DNA from: Eubacteriales bacterium
GTDB taxonomy: Bacteria; Bacillota; Clostridia; Oscillospirales; CAG-272
DNA: 48,604 nucleotides
Direction of reading: 5' to 3'
NCBI GenBank assembly: GCA_045637265.1
Contig: JAZTZC010000437.1
Location: 1 to 48,604, forward strand
In this document: piece after piece, positions 17,959 to 27,994 of the stretch
Position numbering within the stretch: position 1 is the first letter of the stretch
How the letters are laid out: every line of letters begins with the position of its first letter
Made by a program: the position numbers and the translations under genes
Notes under the pieces: generated by a model
Seen by the model: only the letters and a program-made list of their open reading frames with translations
The model's database searches: none
Told to the model about the DNA's origin: nothing

Positions 17959-20400
17959 TCATTCTGCCAGATAGATCCCCACGCGGCTCTGCAGAATCTT
18001 CCCGGCTTCCTCGGGCGAACGCACGCCGCTTTCGACATAGGACAGCTCCTCGTCGAGAATCGACTGCAGGGTTGCATCGGCGGCAGTGCGCATGACCGCG
18101 CGGTCGAGGAAGCGGATAAAGAGGTCGCGGTCGTCTTCGGTGAGTTTTATAACATCAAATACCGAGTTTGCACCCTTGTTGAGCTCGTCCATTGGCTCGT
18201 CAGAACAGATACAAATCAAAGAAAATGCATCCGGATGCAGATTGAGCCATGATTGGATATCAGAAGTTTCGCGGATTGCCCGCAAGCAGCTGTGCACGTA
18301 CTTGGGAAACGCCCCGATCATACCTTCCCGTGATACCGGAAGTCCGCGAAGACTGAGTAAATCACACGCCTGTACATCTGCCGACATCAAAAAATTCAGA
18401 AATGCAGCCGCACCGTCTGCACACAGTGCATTGGAAGCAATTGAAATCGTCGCACCGGCAGACAACTGTACCACTGTCTCATCATCCGACGGATACCCGC
18501 AGAAATTGATCTGATCGCGGGAATACAGCCAGTGCGCGGCGGCAATGTCCTCAAAACTGTCAAATGTAAATTCCGTGAATTTTAACCGTCTGCTGCGAAT
18601 CACCTCGTCCGGAACAAACGGAGAAGACGCATACACAGAAGATAGTGTTGGAAAATGCAAAATATCCAGTGCATCCTCGGAATATATTCCATCCCGAACT
18701 TCCATCAGAAACGACAGCCATTCCTCACATTCGACGCTGTCAAAGGAACAGGTTTCGTTGTACAGATCCATATATTCATATTGTCCTGTCAATTTCAAAC
18801 TGTCATATACACTTTTTGAAAACAGCGCTTCTCCGTCCTTCAGTTCCGCCGCCATATTGTAAAGAACATCATAAGTCAGCTTTTCCTGCGGCGATAAAGT
18901 GAACCGACTTGTCATCAGCGTGGACAACCGCATAAAATACGGAAGTGCCATGATGCCGTTCTCTGTTTCATACGCCGTTTCGATACAACCCAGAATCTGA
19001 TCTTCCGCCAGATACTGCGCAAGATCGGCAAGCAATCCCTTATCGGCAAGCATATCGCGGTTGGACGATTGCTCCGGGAAGAAATAACAGTCATATACGA
19101 CACCGGAAAGTAAATCTTCCTCAAACTGCCGCTGTACTGCCGCCAGAACCTCCTCCTCCGGGATTCCCCAATATCCTCCGCCTGCTGAAACATTGTAGAC
19201 CGAATCATAGTAATTGTGATACTCGATCACATAATCCTCACTGTTCCGATTAAACAAGTAGACCGCCGCATCGAGAAAATACTGCTCCGAATGATTCAGT
19301 CCAATCGTTGCAAGGGTAAAGACTTCACGCTTCTGCGAACGCCGCTCCTCTGTCAGACAAAGAAAACCAGTTTCGGAGTCATATTCCAACGGATTCTCAT
19401 AAGAAACCATAAAAAATTGATCGTTCATGATCTTTGATAACGTAATTGCAGACGGAAACAGACCGGATTCGTTCCAGTTGACAATCTGTTCAGCTACCCC
19501 GTCTCTCGCCGCATATAAGCCGTCTTCACACCGCGCGTATATTGTGTCCTTGTACAGATACATCGCACCCGTATACTGTACCTCGCTGAAAATGGTATCG
19601 ATGTCCCGGCCGTTCTGTGTCAGGGGATTCTTTTCTTTCTCCCCTGTTTCCGGATCGATCAGAAAATGCTCGACCGGATCAAATATTTCACTTCCGATTG
19701 TTCCGCTGACCTGCAATCTGCCGTCAGGTGCCAAACTGACGATATCGGGGTAACACGGAAACTGAAAAGTCTGCGCGTCCTGTGTAATGTCACCGTCCGG
19801 AAACCGGTAGACCGTATAATTTCTGTAATAATACAGATCGCCGCCGAAGAACTGCATATCCTGTATATCCTTGTTATTGCTCACAGGATAGAGACATACA
19901 TACTTCTTCGATTCCGCAAGCAGATTGCCCTCCGCATCATAACAGCAGAACCGCCGCCAGGACGAGTCGATTGTCTCATATGTATAAAAATGCTCCCCGT
20001 CCTGCGTTGCCGCAATGATTGCATTCTGCTGTATCACATCCGGCAAACGCAAATTGTGAAGATAATTCCCCGCGGCATCATAAATATCGTAATAGAAGCC
20101 ACCCTCAACTCCATCGGCAGCGGAATACCAATTCAGAAACCAGAACTGATCTCCAACCGGTTGGATACTCCAATGATGGATTGCTCCGCCATGTCCACCG
20201 GTGAATTTGCGATATTTGAATACATTATCGGTTTCATATATGACTTCCTCAATCTGCGGTGTTCCCGGTACCACGTTCGCTGTCTGTGACGATATGGGAT
20301 TGTTTTCGCCGCCGGATATACCGGTATCACAGGCACAGAAAAATAAACACAATAGCATCAAAGATATCAGATATACGGTATGTTTCATATCATCACCCAT
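17959..20400 (-). CDS. Large lipoprotein: beta-rich N-terminal region plus C-terminal extracellular solute-binding-like domain
   Basis: Lipobox FFCAC; AVYLFN..S.DY.IE, KGLLADL, MALPY, FCGYPS, GAAAFLNFLMS, EEAGKILQSRVGIYLAE. Confidence 0.75.
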   Translation of the reverse strand: MGDDMKHTVYLISLMLLCLFFCACDTGISGGENNPISSQTANVVPGTPQIEEVIYETDNVFKYRKFTGGHGGAIHHWSIQPVGDQFWFLNWYSAADGVEGGFYYDIYDAAGNYLHNLRLPDVIQQNAIIAATQDGEHFYTYETIDSSWRRFCCYDAEGNLLAESKKYVCLYPVSNNKDIQDMQFFGGDLYYYRNYTVYRFPDGDITQDAQTFQFPCYPDIVSLAPDGRLQVSGTIGSEIFDPVEHFLIDPETGEKEKNPLTQNGRDIDTIFSEVQYTGAMYLYKDTIYARCEDGLYAARDGVAEQIVNWNESGLFPSAITLSKIMNDQFFMVSYENPLEYDSETGFLCLTEERRSQKREVFTLATIGLNHSEQYFLDAAVYLFNRNSEDYVIEYHNYYDSVYNVSAGGGYWGIPEEEVLAAVQRQFEEDLLSGVVYDCYFFPEQSSNRDMLADKGLLADLAQYLAEDQILGCIETAYETENGIMALPYFMRLSTLMTSRFTLSPQEKLTYDVLYNMAAELKDGEALFSKSVYDSLKLTGQYEYMDLYNETCSFDSVECEEWLSFLMEVRDGIYSEDALDILHFPTLSSVYASSPFVPDEVIRSRRLKFTEFTFDSFEDIAAAHWLYSRDQINFCGYPSDDETVVQLSAGATISIASNALCADGAAAFLNFLMSADVQACDLLSLRGLPVSREGMIGAFPKYVHSCLRAIRETSDIQSWLNLHPDAFSLICICSDEPMDELNKGANSVFDVIKLTEDDRDLFIRFLDRAVMRTAADATLQSILDEELSYVESGVRSPEEAGKILQSRVGIYLAE

Positions 20401-20409
20401 TTAATCAGT

Positions 20410-20443
20410 AACGGCTTCAACCGTAAAACAGTTGAAGCCGTTG
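20410..20443 (-). terminator. Hairpin between the Cys-rich gene and the lipoprotein gene
   Basis: AACGGCTTCAAC...GTTGAAGCCGTT. Confidence 0.55.
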
Positions 20444-20477
20444 GAATACTTATCTAACTTACGGTTTCTTTGGAATG

Positions 20478-20822
20478 TTATTCGCCCTTTATCCAACCAC
20501 AGTTATTACATCTGATTACATCACCAGAATAATCGTGATAAATTTGAAAATATTCAGTATCATCTGAATAATATTTCTGACCTCCGCACACCTGGCATCT
20601 GTAAACATAAAAACGAACATAACTGCCTATACAATACCAAGTATTCCATTGGCTCACATCTTGAATTCCTTCGAATGTAAAACATGAATCTGGATGTGAA
20701 CATGATGCCGCATCACATGGTGCAACTGTATTTCCGGGATCAACAAAGGCGGCAGAAACAAATGGAATAAGCAAGAGAAGACACAGGGACAGCGCGAAAA
20801 ATTGTTTTACTGATTTTAACAT
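20478..20822 (-). CDS. Small secreted Cys-rich protein
   Basis: Signal peptide ending VSA; RCQVCG and RCNNCG motifs; visibly AT-richer than neighbours. Confidence 0.7.
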   Translation of the reverse strand: MLKSVKQFFALSLCLLLLIPFVSAAFVDPGNTVAPCDAASCSHPDSCFTFEGIQDVSQWNTWYCIGSYVRFYVYRCQVCGGQKYYSDDTEYFQIYHDYSGDVIRCNNCGWIKGE

Positions 20823-21041
20823 GATCGTGTCCCTTTCTTTGTTTTTTTAGAATATGTTTTGATTTGTCCGGAGGATTACGCCTTGGAAGAAATCGCCAAT
20901 TTTTCTTCCAACTGTAGTATATCATATATTATGCTTGATGTCAATAGATATCACAAAATTTCCTGTTGTTTTTAACAAGTTTGTTTGCATAAACACAATA
21001 AAATCAGCAGAACGCACAAACGCATTCTGCTGATTTTGAAT

Positions 21042-22343
21042 TTATGCAAATGTGATGCCGAACGTGCCGCCGACCTCAACGGACAGCTCTGCCGCATAGA
21101 ATACCCGCAGCGCACCGACAAGATAGCCGGTATCCTTCGTTCCCGCCGTCTCAAAGGGCGAGTGCATGGCAAGCTGCGGCAGACCGATATCGACGGTATT
21201 GAGCGACACCTGTGTGTTGGCGATGTTGCCGAGGGTCGAGCCGCCGCCCATGTCGGAGCGGTTATAGAAGTGCTGGACAGGCACGTCTGCCTGCTTGCAT
21301 ACCGCTTCAAACAGTGCCGCAGAAATGGCATCTGTGGTATACTTTTGGCTGGCATTGTGCTTGATGACAATACCGCGGTTCATCTCAGGTCTGTGCGTCG
21401 GGTCGGCAAATTCGCCGTGGTTCGGATGAACGGCATGTGCATTGTCGGCGGAAACCATCATACTGCGCGCAACTGCCGCCATATAATCGCCTTCCGTGCC
21501 GCCGAGAGCAAACACAATGCGGTGCAGTACATCGGAAAGGAACAGACCTGCCGCACCCTGCTTGGTCGTGCTGCCGACCTCCTCATTATCGAGAATCGCG
21601 CAGACAGCCGCCGTGTGCTCGGATGCTTCGCTCTCAAGGAATGCCGTCATCGATGCATATGCGCACTGCAAATCGTCAAGCTTCGGGCAGGAGAAGAATT
21701 CATCCTCGGGTCCCCAGACGTAACCCTTATCGCGGTTATAAAGGAACAGATCGGCGGAGAGGATCGCATCCTTGTTCACGCCGGCAGCATCGGCAACCAT
21801 CTGATAGAAGGAGTCCTTTGCATTGCCGTTGCCGTACAGCGGAACGAGATCACACGCGGGATTGTAGTCCTTGATGCGAGCCATGTGCGGTGCGACATTG
21901 GGCATCATCAGACAGTTTTTGTCAACATCGGCAAGGACGGTCTTCATTTTGCCGTCCTCTGTCTTGACGAGCAGCTTGCCCGCAACGGAAAGCGGTCTAT
22001 CCAGCCATGCGCCCTGAATCATGCCGCCGTAAGGCTCTGCATTGATGCGGACATACATCGGCGAGGTCAGCTCTGCATTGTCCTTGATCTTGAAGGTCGG
22101 CGAATCGGAGTGCGACGCGCAGATCATAAAGCCGCCGAGTGTGGATTTCGGCATACGGAACGCGATGATGGACGATGCATTGCGGCGGACAAAATAACCT
22201 TTTCCTGCCTCAAGCGCGAGATTCTCCGCTTCGCACAGCTCGGTATAGCCGGCCGCCGTCAGTTCCTTTGCCAGATTGTCGCAGACGTGGAAGGGCGAGG
22301 GGCTGTGTTCAATGAATTTGATCAGATTTTCGGTATACTTCAT
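21042..22343 (-). CDS. M18 family aminopeptidase
   Basis: SPSPFH, SHSDSP, WLDRPLSVAG, LDDL, DNEEVGS, SADNAHAVHPN, GGSTLG, QLAMHS. Confidence 0.93.
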   Translation of the reverse strand: MKYTENLIKFIEHSPSPFHVCDNLAKELTAAGYTELCEAENLALEAGKGYFVRRNASSIIAFRMPKSTLGGFMICASHSDSPTFKIKDNAELTSPMYVRINAEPYGGMIQGAWLDRPLSVAGKLLVKTEDGKMKTVLADVDKNCLMMPNVAPHMARIKDYNPACDLVPLYGNGNAKDSFYQMVADAAGVNKDAILSADLFLYNRDKGYVWGPEDEFFSCPKLDDLQCAYASMTAFLESEASEHTAAVCAILDNEEVGSTTKQGAAGLFLSDVLHRIVFALGGTEGDYMAAVARSMMVSADNAHAVHPNHGEFADPTHRPEMNRGIVIKHNASQKYTTDAISAALFEAVCKQADVPVQHFYNRSDMGGGSTLGNIANTQVSLNTVDIGLPQLAMHSPFETAGTKDTGYLVGALRVFYAAELSVEVGGTFGITFA

Positions 22344-22388
22344 GTTGCTTGATTCCTTTCTTTATGTGTATCGTTACACAACAGGTGA

Positions 22389-23858
22389 TTATACGCTTTT
22401 ACCGTGCATCAGATTGTTGCCCTTTTCATCGAGCAGCTGCATTTTGGTGTCATACAGCTTCTTGGACAGGTCAACGTAGAACTTATGCGGATTTTCAAAG
22501 CGCTTGACTTCTTCCCACAGATGGTCGACCTCATATTGGCAGTATTCACGGATTTCCTTGATGGACGGAGACTGATAGACACATTCTCCGTTTTGGAAGA
22601 TCGGAACGAGCAGTTCCCGCAGATAGTAATTTGTTACGAGCTTGCGCTTCCAGGTGTTGTCGGGGTCGAAGATCTCCAACGGCTGTGTTTCGTCGATCGG
22701 ATCCTCATTGTAGATGCACATCATGTCGGCAATCGGTTCTTCCGAGGTCTTGTCAAAAATGCGGAATACGCGCTTGAAATGGGGGTTGGTGATCTTGCCC
22801 GCATTCTCGGAGATTTTGATTTTCGGGATAACGCAGCCATTTTCGTCTTCTTTTGCAACGAGCTTGTAAACGCCGCCGAAAACAGGATCACTCTTTGCGG
22901 TAATCAGACGCTCACCGACACCGAACGAATCAATCTCCGCGCCCTGGTGGATCAGATCGCGGATGATATATTCGTCAAGAGAGTTGGAAACAACGATCTT
23001 ACATTCCGTCAGTCCCGCTTCATCGAGCATCTTACGCGCTTTTTTGGTAAGGTACGTCAGGTCGCCGGAGTCAAGACGAATACCGCACTTGGTGATGCCC
23101 TGCGGGAGAAGAATTTCCTTGAACGCACGAATGGCATTCGGAACACCAGACCGCAAAACATCGTAGGTATCGACAAGCAGTGTCGCGTTGTTCGGATACA
23201 GCTCGCAATAGGTACGGAAGGCATCGTATTCGGTTTCAAACATCTGCACCCACGAATGTGCCATCGTACCGGTCGACGGGATTTCATACATGCGGTCAGA
23301 AAGCGTACATGCCGTTGCATGACAGCCGCCGATGTACGCCGCTCTTGCGCCGAGAATCGCACCGTCAGCGCCCTGTGCCCGGCGGGAACCGAACTCTGCA
23401 ACCGCACGTCCCTGTGCCGCACGAACCACACGGCTTGCCTTTGTCGCAATCAAAGACTGGTGATTGAGCGCAAGCAGAAGGAATGTTTCAATAAACTGTG
23501 CCTCCACAGCACGTGCTCTTACCGTCAGAATCGGCTCTCCGGGGAAGATCGGAGTTCCCTCAGGAACAGCCCAGATGTCGCCGGTAAAACGGAAGGTACG
23601 CAGATAGTTGAGGAATCCTTCGGAAAACTGCTGTTTGGAACGCAGAAAGTCCAAATCCTCCTCGGTAAAATGCAGATTGGAAATATAATCGATGACCTGT
23701 TCGAGCCCTGCGGCAATTGCATAACCGCCGCCGTCGGGTACTCTGCGGAAGAACACATCGAAATAAGAAATTTCGTCGCCTTTCCCGGAGAGGAAATAGC
23801 CGTTTGCCATCGTCAACTCGTAAAAATCACAAAGCAATGTGTAATTGTATGGTGTCAT
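22389..23858 (-). CDS. pncB: Nicotinate phosphoribosyltransferase
   Basis: DFYELTM, EFGSRRAQG, GTMAHSW, LVDTYD, GIRLDSGD, SNSLDE, FGGVYKL. Confidence 0.95.
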   Translation of the reverse strand: MTPYNYTLLCDFYELTMANGYFLSGKGDEISYFDVFFRRVPDGGGYAIAAGLEQVIDYISNLHFTEEDLDFLRSKQQFSEGFLNYLRTFRFTGDIWAVPEGTPIFPGEPILTVRARAVEAQFIETFLLLALNHQSLIATKASRVVRAAQGRAVAEFGSRRAQGADGAILGARAAYIGGCHATACTLSDRMYEIPSTGTMAHSWVQMFETEYDAFRTYCELYPNNATLLVDTYDVLRSGVPNAIRAFKEILLPQGITKCGIRLDSGDLTYLTKKARKMLDEAGLTECKIVVSNSLDEYIIRDLIHQGAEIDSFGVGERLITAKSDPVFGGVYKLVAKEDENGCVIPKIKISENAGKITNPHFKRVFRIFDKTSEEPIADMMCIYNEDPIDETQPLEIFDPDNTWKRKLVTNYYLRELLVPIFQNGECVYQSPSIKEIREYCQYEVDHLWEEVKRFENPHKFYVDLSKKLYDTKMQLLDEKGNNLMHGKSV

Positions 23859-24042
23859 GGTGATTCGATCCTTTGCGGTTGTTAGATACTGTAATTGTAT
23901 TATATCACACTTGGCGCAGATTGTCTATAAGATACACGCAAAACAGCACAAAGTTTTTCGGATTTCTTTTGACGGTTCTCTTTACAAACCGTCATTTCTT
24001 TGGTATAATGAAAACAGAATAAACATAGTGAAAGGATTATCG

Positions 24043-25215
24043 ATGAAACGCGTATTTTTGATCGTTCTGGACTCCGTCGGTGCCGGTGCTCTGCCGGATG
24101 CCGCCGTTTACGGAGATGCCTGTGCACATACGATTCAGCACATTGCCGCCGATCCCGCCTTCCGTGCCAACACGATGTGTTCGCTCGGTTATGGCAATAT
24201 CGAAGGGCTGTCCTTCCTCGGTGCCGCAGAGCAGCCGCTTGCCGCACACGGACGCTGTATGGAGCAGTCTGTCGGCAAGGATACCACCGTCGGTCACTGG
24301 GAAATTGCGGGGCTGATCTCTGACCACCCCTTCCCCACCTATCCGAACGGCTTTCCAAACGAAATATTGGAACCGTTTGAGCGCATTACCGGACGCGGAG
24401 TTCTGTGCAACCGTCCGTATTCCGGTACCGAGTGCATCAAACGCTTCGGCGAGGCACACATGCTGACTGGAGATCTGATCGTCTACACCTCCGCCGACAG
24501 CGTCTTTCAGATTGCCGCACATGAGGATATCGTTCCGCCGGAAACCCTATATGCCTATTGCCGCGCCGCGCGCAGACTGCTGGTCGGAGAACATGCCGTT
24601 GCCCGTGTCATTGCGCGTCCGTTTGCGGGAGAACCCGGTCATTTCTACCGTACGGAAAACCGCCGCGATTTCTCGCTGGAACCGCCTGCCGATACCATGC
24701 TCGATGTCCTCTTTCGCGCGGGACACGATGTCATCGCCGTCGGCAAAATTTCCGATATTTTCCTCGGTCAGGGCATCACGCAGACCGTGCTGACCCATTC
24801 CAACACCGAAGGAATGGAAGCGGCAGACCTGCTCGTTCACAAAAACTTCCGAGGACTCTGCTTTATCAACCTCGTTGACTTCGACCAGCTTTGGGGACAC
24901 CGCAACGATGTATCGGGTTATGCCAAAGGCTTTGCCGATTTTGATGCATGGCTTTCGCAGTTTATCACAAAACTCGGTGAGGACGATGTTCTCATCATCA
25001 CGGCCGACCACGGATGTGACCCCGGTTCCGAGAGCACTGACCACACCCGTGAATATACGCCGCTTCTGGTTTACGGCAAGCAGATTCGCCCGATTCCGCT
25101 CGGCACCCGTACGACGTTTTCTGATATCGGCAAAACCGTCTGTGAGCTTCTCGACTGCGGCGAGGAATCCAATATCCTTGCGGGAACGAGCTTTGCGGGA
25201 GAACTTCTGTCATGA
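24043..25215 (+). CDS. deoB: Phosphopentomutase
   Basis: MKRVFLIVLDSVG.G, GKDTTVGHWE, YTSADSVFQIAAHE, NLVDFD..WGHRND, TADHGCDP, TDHTRE. Confidence 0.95.
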   Translation: MKRVFLIVLDSVGAGALPDAAVYGDACAHTIQHIAADPAFRANTMCSLGYGNIEGLSFLGAAEQPLAAHGRCMEQSVGKDTTVGHWEIAGLISDHPFPTYPNGFPNEILEPFERITGRGVLCNRPYSGTECIKRFGEAHMLTGDLIVYTSADSVFQIAAHEDIVPPETLYAYCRAARRLLVGEHAVARVIARPFAGEPGHFYRTENRRDFSLEPPADTMLDVLFRAGHDVIAVGKISDIFLGQGITQTVLTHSNTEGMEAADLLVHKNFRGLCFINLVDFDQLWGHRNDVSGYAKGFADFDAWLSQFITKLGEDDVLIITADHGCDPGSESTDHTREYTPLLVYGKQIRPIPLGTRTTFSDIGKTVCELLDCGEESNILAGTSFAGELLS

Positions 25216-25622
25216 CCGGCGCGGAGCTGATTTCCTGTGCGCGTGAGGCAATGCTGAACGCCTACGCACCGTATTCCCATCATCCCGTCGGTGCAGCGCT
25301 GCTTTCGGCAACCGGAGACGTGTATCTCGGATGCAACGTGGAAAACGCGGCATTCGGCTGTACCTGCTGTGCCGAACAGGTCGCACTGTTTAAGGCCATC
25401 AGCGAGGGAGAACGCGAATTTTCCGCAATTGCGATTGTCGGCGGCTATGACGGCAATACCGAAAAGCCATGTGCACCGTGCGGTACCTGCCGTCAGGTTC
25501 TGCGTGAATTCTGCGATCCCGATACATTTCTGATCCTACTCGGATATGATGACGGATATGACGAATATACCCTTTCCGAGCTGCTTCCCGAAAGCTTCGG
25601 ACCGCGCAATGTGCGATCATAA
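25212..25622 (+). CDS. cdd: Cytidine deaminase
   Basis: AYAPYS, GCNVENA, CAE, PCGTCRQ, ELLPESFG. Confidence 0.93.
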   Translation: MTGAELISCAREAMLNAYAPYSHHPVGAALLSATGDVYLGCNVENAAFGCTCCAEQVALFKAISEGEREFSAIAIVGGYDGNTEKPCAPCGTCRQVLREFCDPDTFLILLGYDDGYDEYTLSELLPESFGPRNVRS

Positions 25623-25649
25623 CCACAGCAATACAGGAGGAGAACGCCT

Positions 25650-26891
25650 ATGGAATCCATCTCAACCAAGGACAGAGACATTCTGCGCGGGCTTGCCGCA
25701 AGGCAGAGAGACTATGCACACGATGCCAAAAATGAAACCATTCTGAAAAAATGGTATGCGCTGGAACAAGGTGTCAAAGCCACACCAACGGTGCGTCTGC
25801 TCTACAGCAACTTCCAGCATGAGGTCATTACCCCGCGCCTGCAATGCACCTCCGATGCGGCACGCGGACTGGAAGCCTCCCTTCTTCGCACAATGGTCGG
25901 CCGTGATCTGTTTGATGACGATACACCAATCCCGCCGACCTTTGATATGGGATGGCACACATGGGTATCCCCCTTCAGTCTGCATGCAAAAACCAGCCGT
26001 ATCCCGGGACAAAAGACCAGCGGATATCATATCGATCCTGTCATCGAAGACCTCGAAACAGAATGGGAAACACTTGGCGAAGGCGGCTTCGGTGTCAACC
26101 GCGACTCCACCGTACAGTACCGTGATTGGGTCGAAGACCTCATCGGCGATATTTTGCCGACACGCATGGTCATGCATTCCCTGCCCGGCTCCATCACCAA
26201 CCCTCTTGTTCATCTGATGGGCATGGAAAACTATTATCTTTCCATGTATGACTGCCCGGAGATCCTGCACCGCGTCATGGATCGCGCAACACAAGTTTAT
26301 GAGCGGTACTACGATTTTCTGGAAAATGAAGGCCTGCTCCTTCCGACCTGCGGCACATCTCCCATCGCACAGGAAAGTTATGCCTTCAACCATGAACTTC
26401 CGCATGAGAAGGTCACCCGTACAACAGAATGTTGGGGATTTCTCGAATCGCAGGAAACAACCGCCGTCTCGCCCGAGGTCTACGGGGAATTTGTATATCC
26501 GTATCAGGATCGTCTTGTCAAGCACTTCGGTCTGCTTTCTTACGGCTGCTGTGAGCGCGTGGATGCGATCTGGGAGGACTATCTATCCAAGTGGGCAAAC
26601 CTGCGCAAGCTCTCCGTCTCTCCTTTCAACTGTGAACCGCAGATAGGCGAATACCTGCGCGGCACAAACGTGGTATACTACAGCAAGCCGCGCGCGGAAC
26701 TGGTTACCCATCCCGGACCGCTGGATGAAGACGCCCTGCGCAGCTACTTCCGCGGTGTCTGTGAAGCGGCAAGCGGATGTCTGTTTGAAATCGCACAGCG
26801 CGAGGTTCTGACGCTGTTCGGCGATGCTGACCGCGGCAGACGGTATGTTGAGATTGCAAAAGAATGTGTGGAGCGGTACTGGAAACCCTGA
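25650..26891 (+). CDS. Hypothetical protein, probably uroporphyrinogen decarboxylase-like TIM barrel
   Basis: LMGMEN..L.MYD.PE..H, ESQET..VSP..Y.EFVYPYQ, YGCCE, NLRKLSVSP; AGGAGG RBS. Confidence 0.6.
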   Translation: MESISTKDRDILRGLAARQRDYAHDAKNETILKKWYALEQGVKATPTVRLLYSNFQHEVITPRLQCTSDAARGLEASLLRTMVGRDLFDDDTPIPPTFDMGWHTWVSPFSLHAKTSRIPGQKTSGYHIDPVIEDLETEWETLGEGGFGVNRDSTVQYRDWVEDLIGDILPTRMVMHSLPGSITNPLVHLMGMENYYLSMYDCPEILHRVMDRATQVYERYYDFLENEGLLLPTCGTSPIAQESYAFNHELPHEKVTRTTECWGFLESQETTAVSPEVYGEFVYPYQDRLVKHFGLLSYGCCERVDAIWEDYLSKWANLRKLSVSPFNCEPQIGEYLRGTNVVYYSKPRAELVTHPGPLDEDALRSYFRGVCEAASGCLFEIAQREVLTLFGDADRGRRYVEIAKECVERYWKP

Positions 26892-26904
26892 TAAACAAAA
26901 AAAT

Positions 26905-26943
26905 ACAGCGAACAGATGCGTGCGTTCACGTTCTGTTCGCTGT
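26905..26943. terminator. Probable bidirectional terminator
   Basis: ACAGCGAACAGA...TCTGTTCGCTGT flanked by A- and T-runs. Confidence 0.7.
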
Positions 26944-26957
26944 TCTTTTTGAATCGC

Positions 26958-27971
26958 TTATTCTTCTGTTTCCGCCGCCAGATCAGCCGCAAAATGCGTC
27001 ATGATCGATTCGGCAGCCGAGGTCGGCATATAGTAAATGAACGTATAGCCGTCAGCTAAATACGCAGTATAGGACTTGCCGTCGATCTCAAATGCATTAC
27101 CGAGATGAATTTTGAAGCCGCGAATCTGCTCAATGGTGGAAGAGCTGGATGCGCCTGCCGTATCCTGTACGGTAACGGTTTCCTTGTAATTGAAGGAGAC
27201 AGTCGTCTCGGGATCTGCAAGACCGTACTTCTGCAGGGTGCTATCGTTGATATGATGATCTGCATAGTTTGCGGGAACGAGCAGATCGCTGATCGTGATG
27301 AACGCACTTGCGATATCATCGCCGCTCAGATGACGGGTTTCGTCGCCGACCGTGATATCGACAGATTCAAACTTTTCGGTCGACAGTACAGGGAATGTGC
27401 CGGCATCGACGATTTCGTGCAGTTCATATTCAAAGAACTGTGTCAGACCTTCGACAACGATATAGACCTTATCAAGACCGACTTCTTTGAAGTAATATCC
27501 CTTACCGAATTCGTTGTAGTTACCCATCACATAGGTATGCTCGGTTCTGGGGATATCCTTGTCTTCATACGTGACAGAGAATGTCCACGCGGGATCGTCC
27601 AGTCCGAAGGATGCGGTATCCGCGCCCTCCAGATTGACGACAGACTGTGCACCCATCGATGCGAGCGCGTTTGCCATATAAGCAACCGTTGTCTGATTGA
27701 GCGGCAGCGTCGGGTCTTCGGCATATACCCAGCGACTGTTCTGAATTTCAACGGAGACCGTTTCACCGCCGCGCTTGGTATAAGACAGCGCAACCGCGTC
27801 ACGGTAATCGTATTCCGCAATCATCAGCTCAGACTGCTGTGCCGCTTGTTCCGCTGCTTCCTTGCGTTCTTTTGCGTCATTCATGGACGCCGCCATCTTG
27901 TATATAATGAAGATACCGACAACGGCGCAGAGCATGATGACCATGGTTTGCATGCGTTTGTTTTGCTTCAT
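26958..27971 (-). CDS. DUF4340-like accessory protein of a Gld-type ABC system
   Basis: N-terminal TM; repeated FGLDDP / YGLADP motifs; operon context. Confidence 0.7.
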   Translation of the reverse strand: MKQNKRMQTMVIMLCAVVGIFIIYKMAASMNDAKERKEAAEQAAQQSELMIAEYDYRDAVALSYTKRGGETVSVEIQNSRWVYAEDPTLPLNQTTVAYMANALASMGAQSVVNLEGADTASFGLDDPAWTFSVTYEDKDIPRTEHTYVMGNYNEFGKGYYFKEVGLDKVYIVVEGLTQFFEYELHEIVDAGTFPVLSTEKFESVDITVGDETRHLSGDDIASAFITISDLLVPANYADHHINDSTLQKYGLADPETTVSFNYKETVTVQDTAGASSSSTIEQIRGFKIHLGNAFEIDGKSYTAYLADGYTFIYYMPTSAAESIMTHFAADLAAETEE

Positions 27972-27994
27972 GGATATTTACCTTTAATTTTTAT

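Noticed and set aside
20985-23885. Long + strand ORFs 20985..22352 and 22404..23885
   Set aside because: Antisense shadows of the M18 aminopeptidase and pncB.
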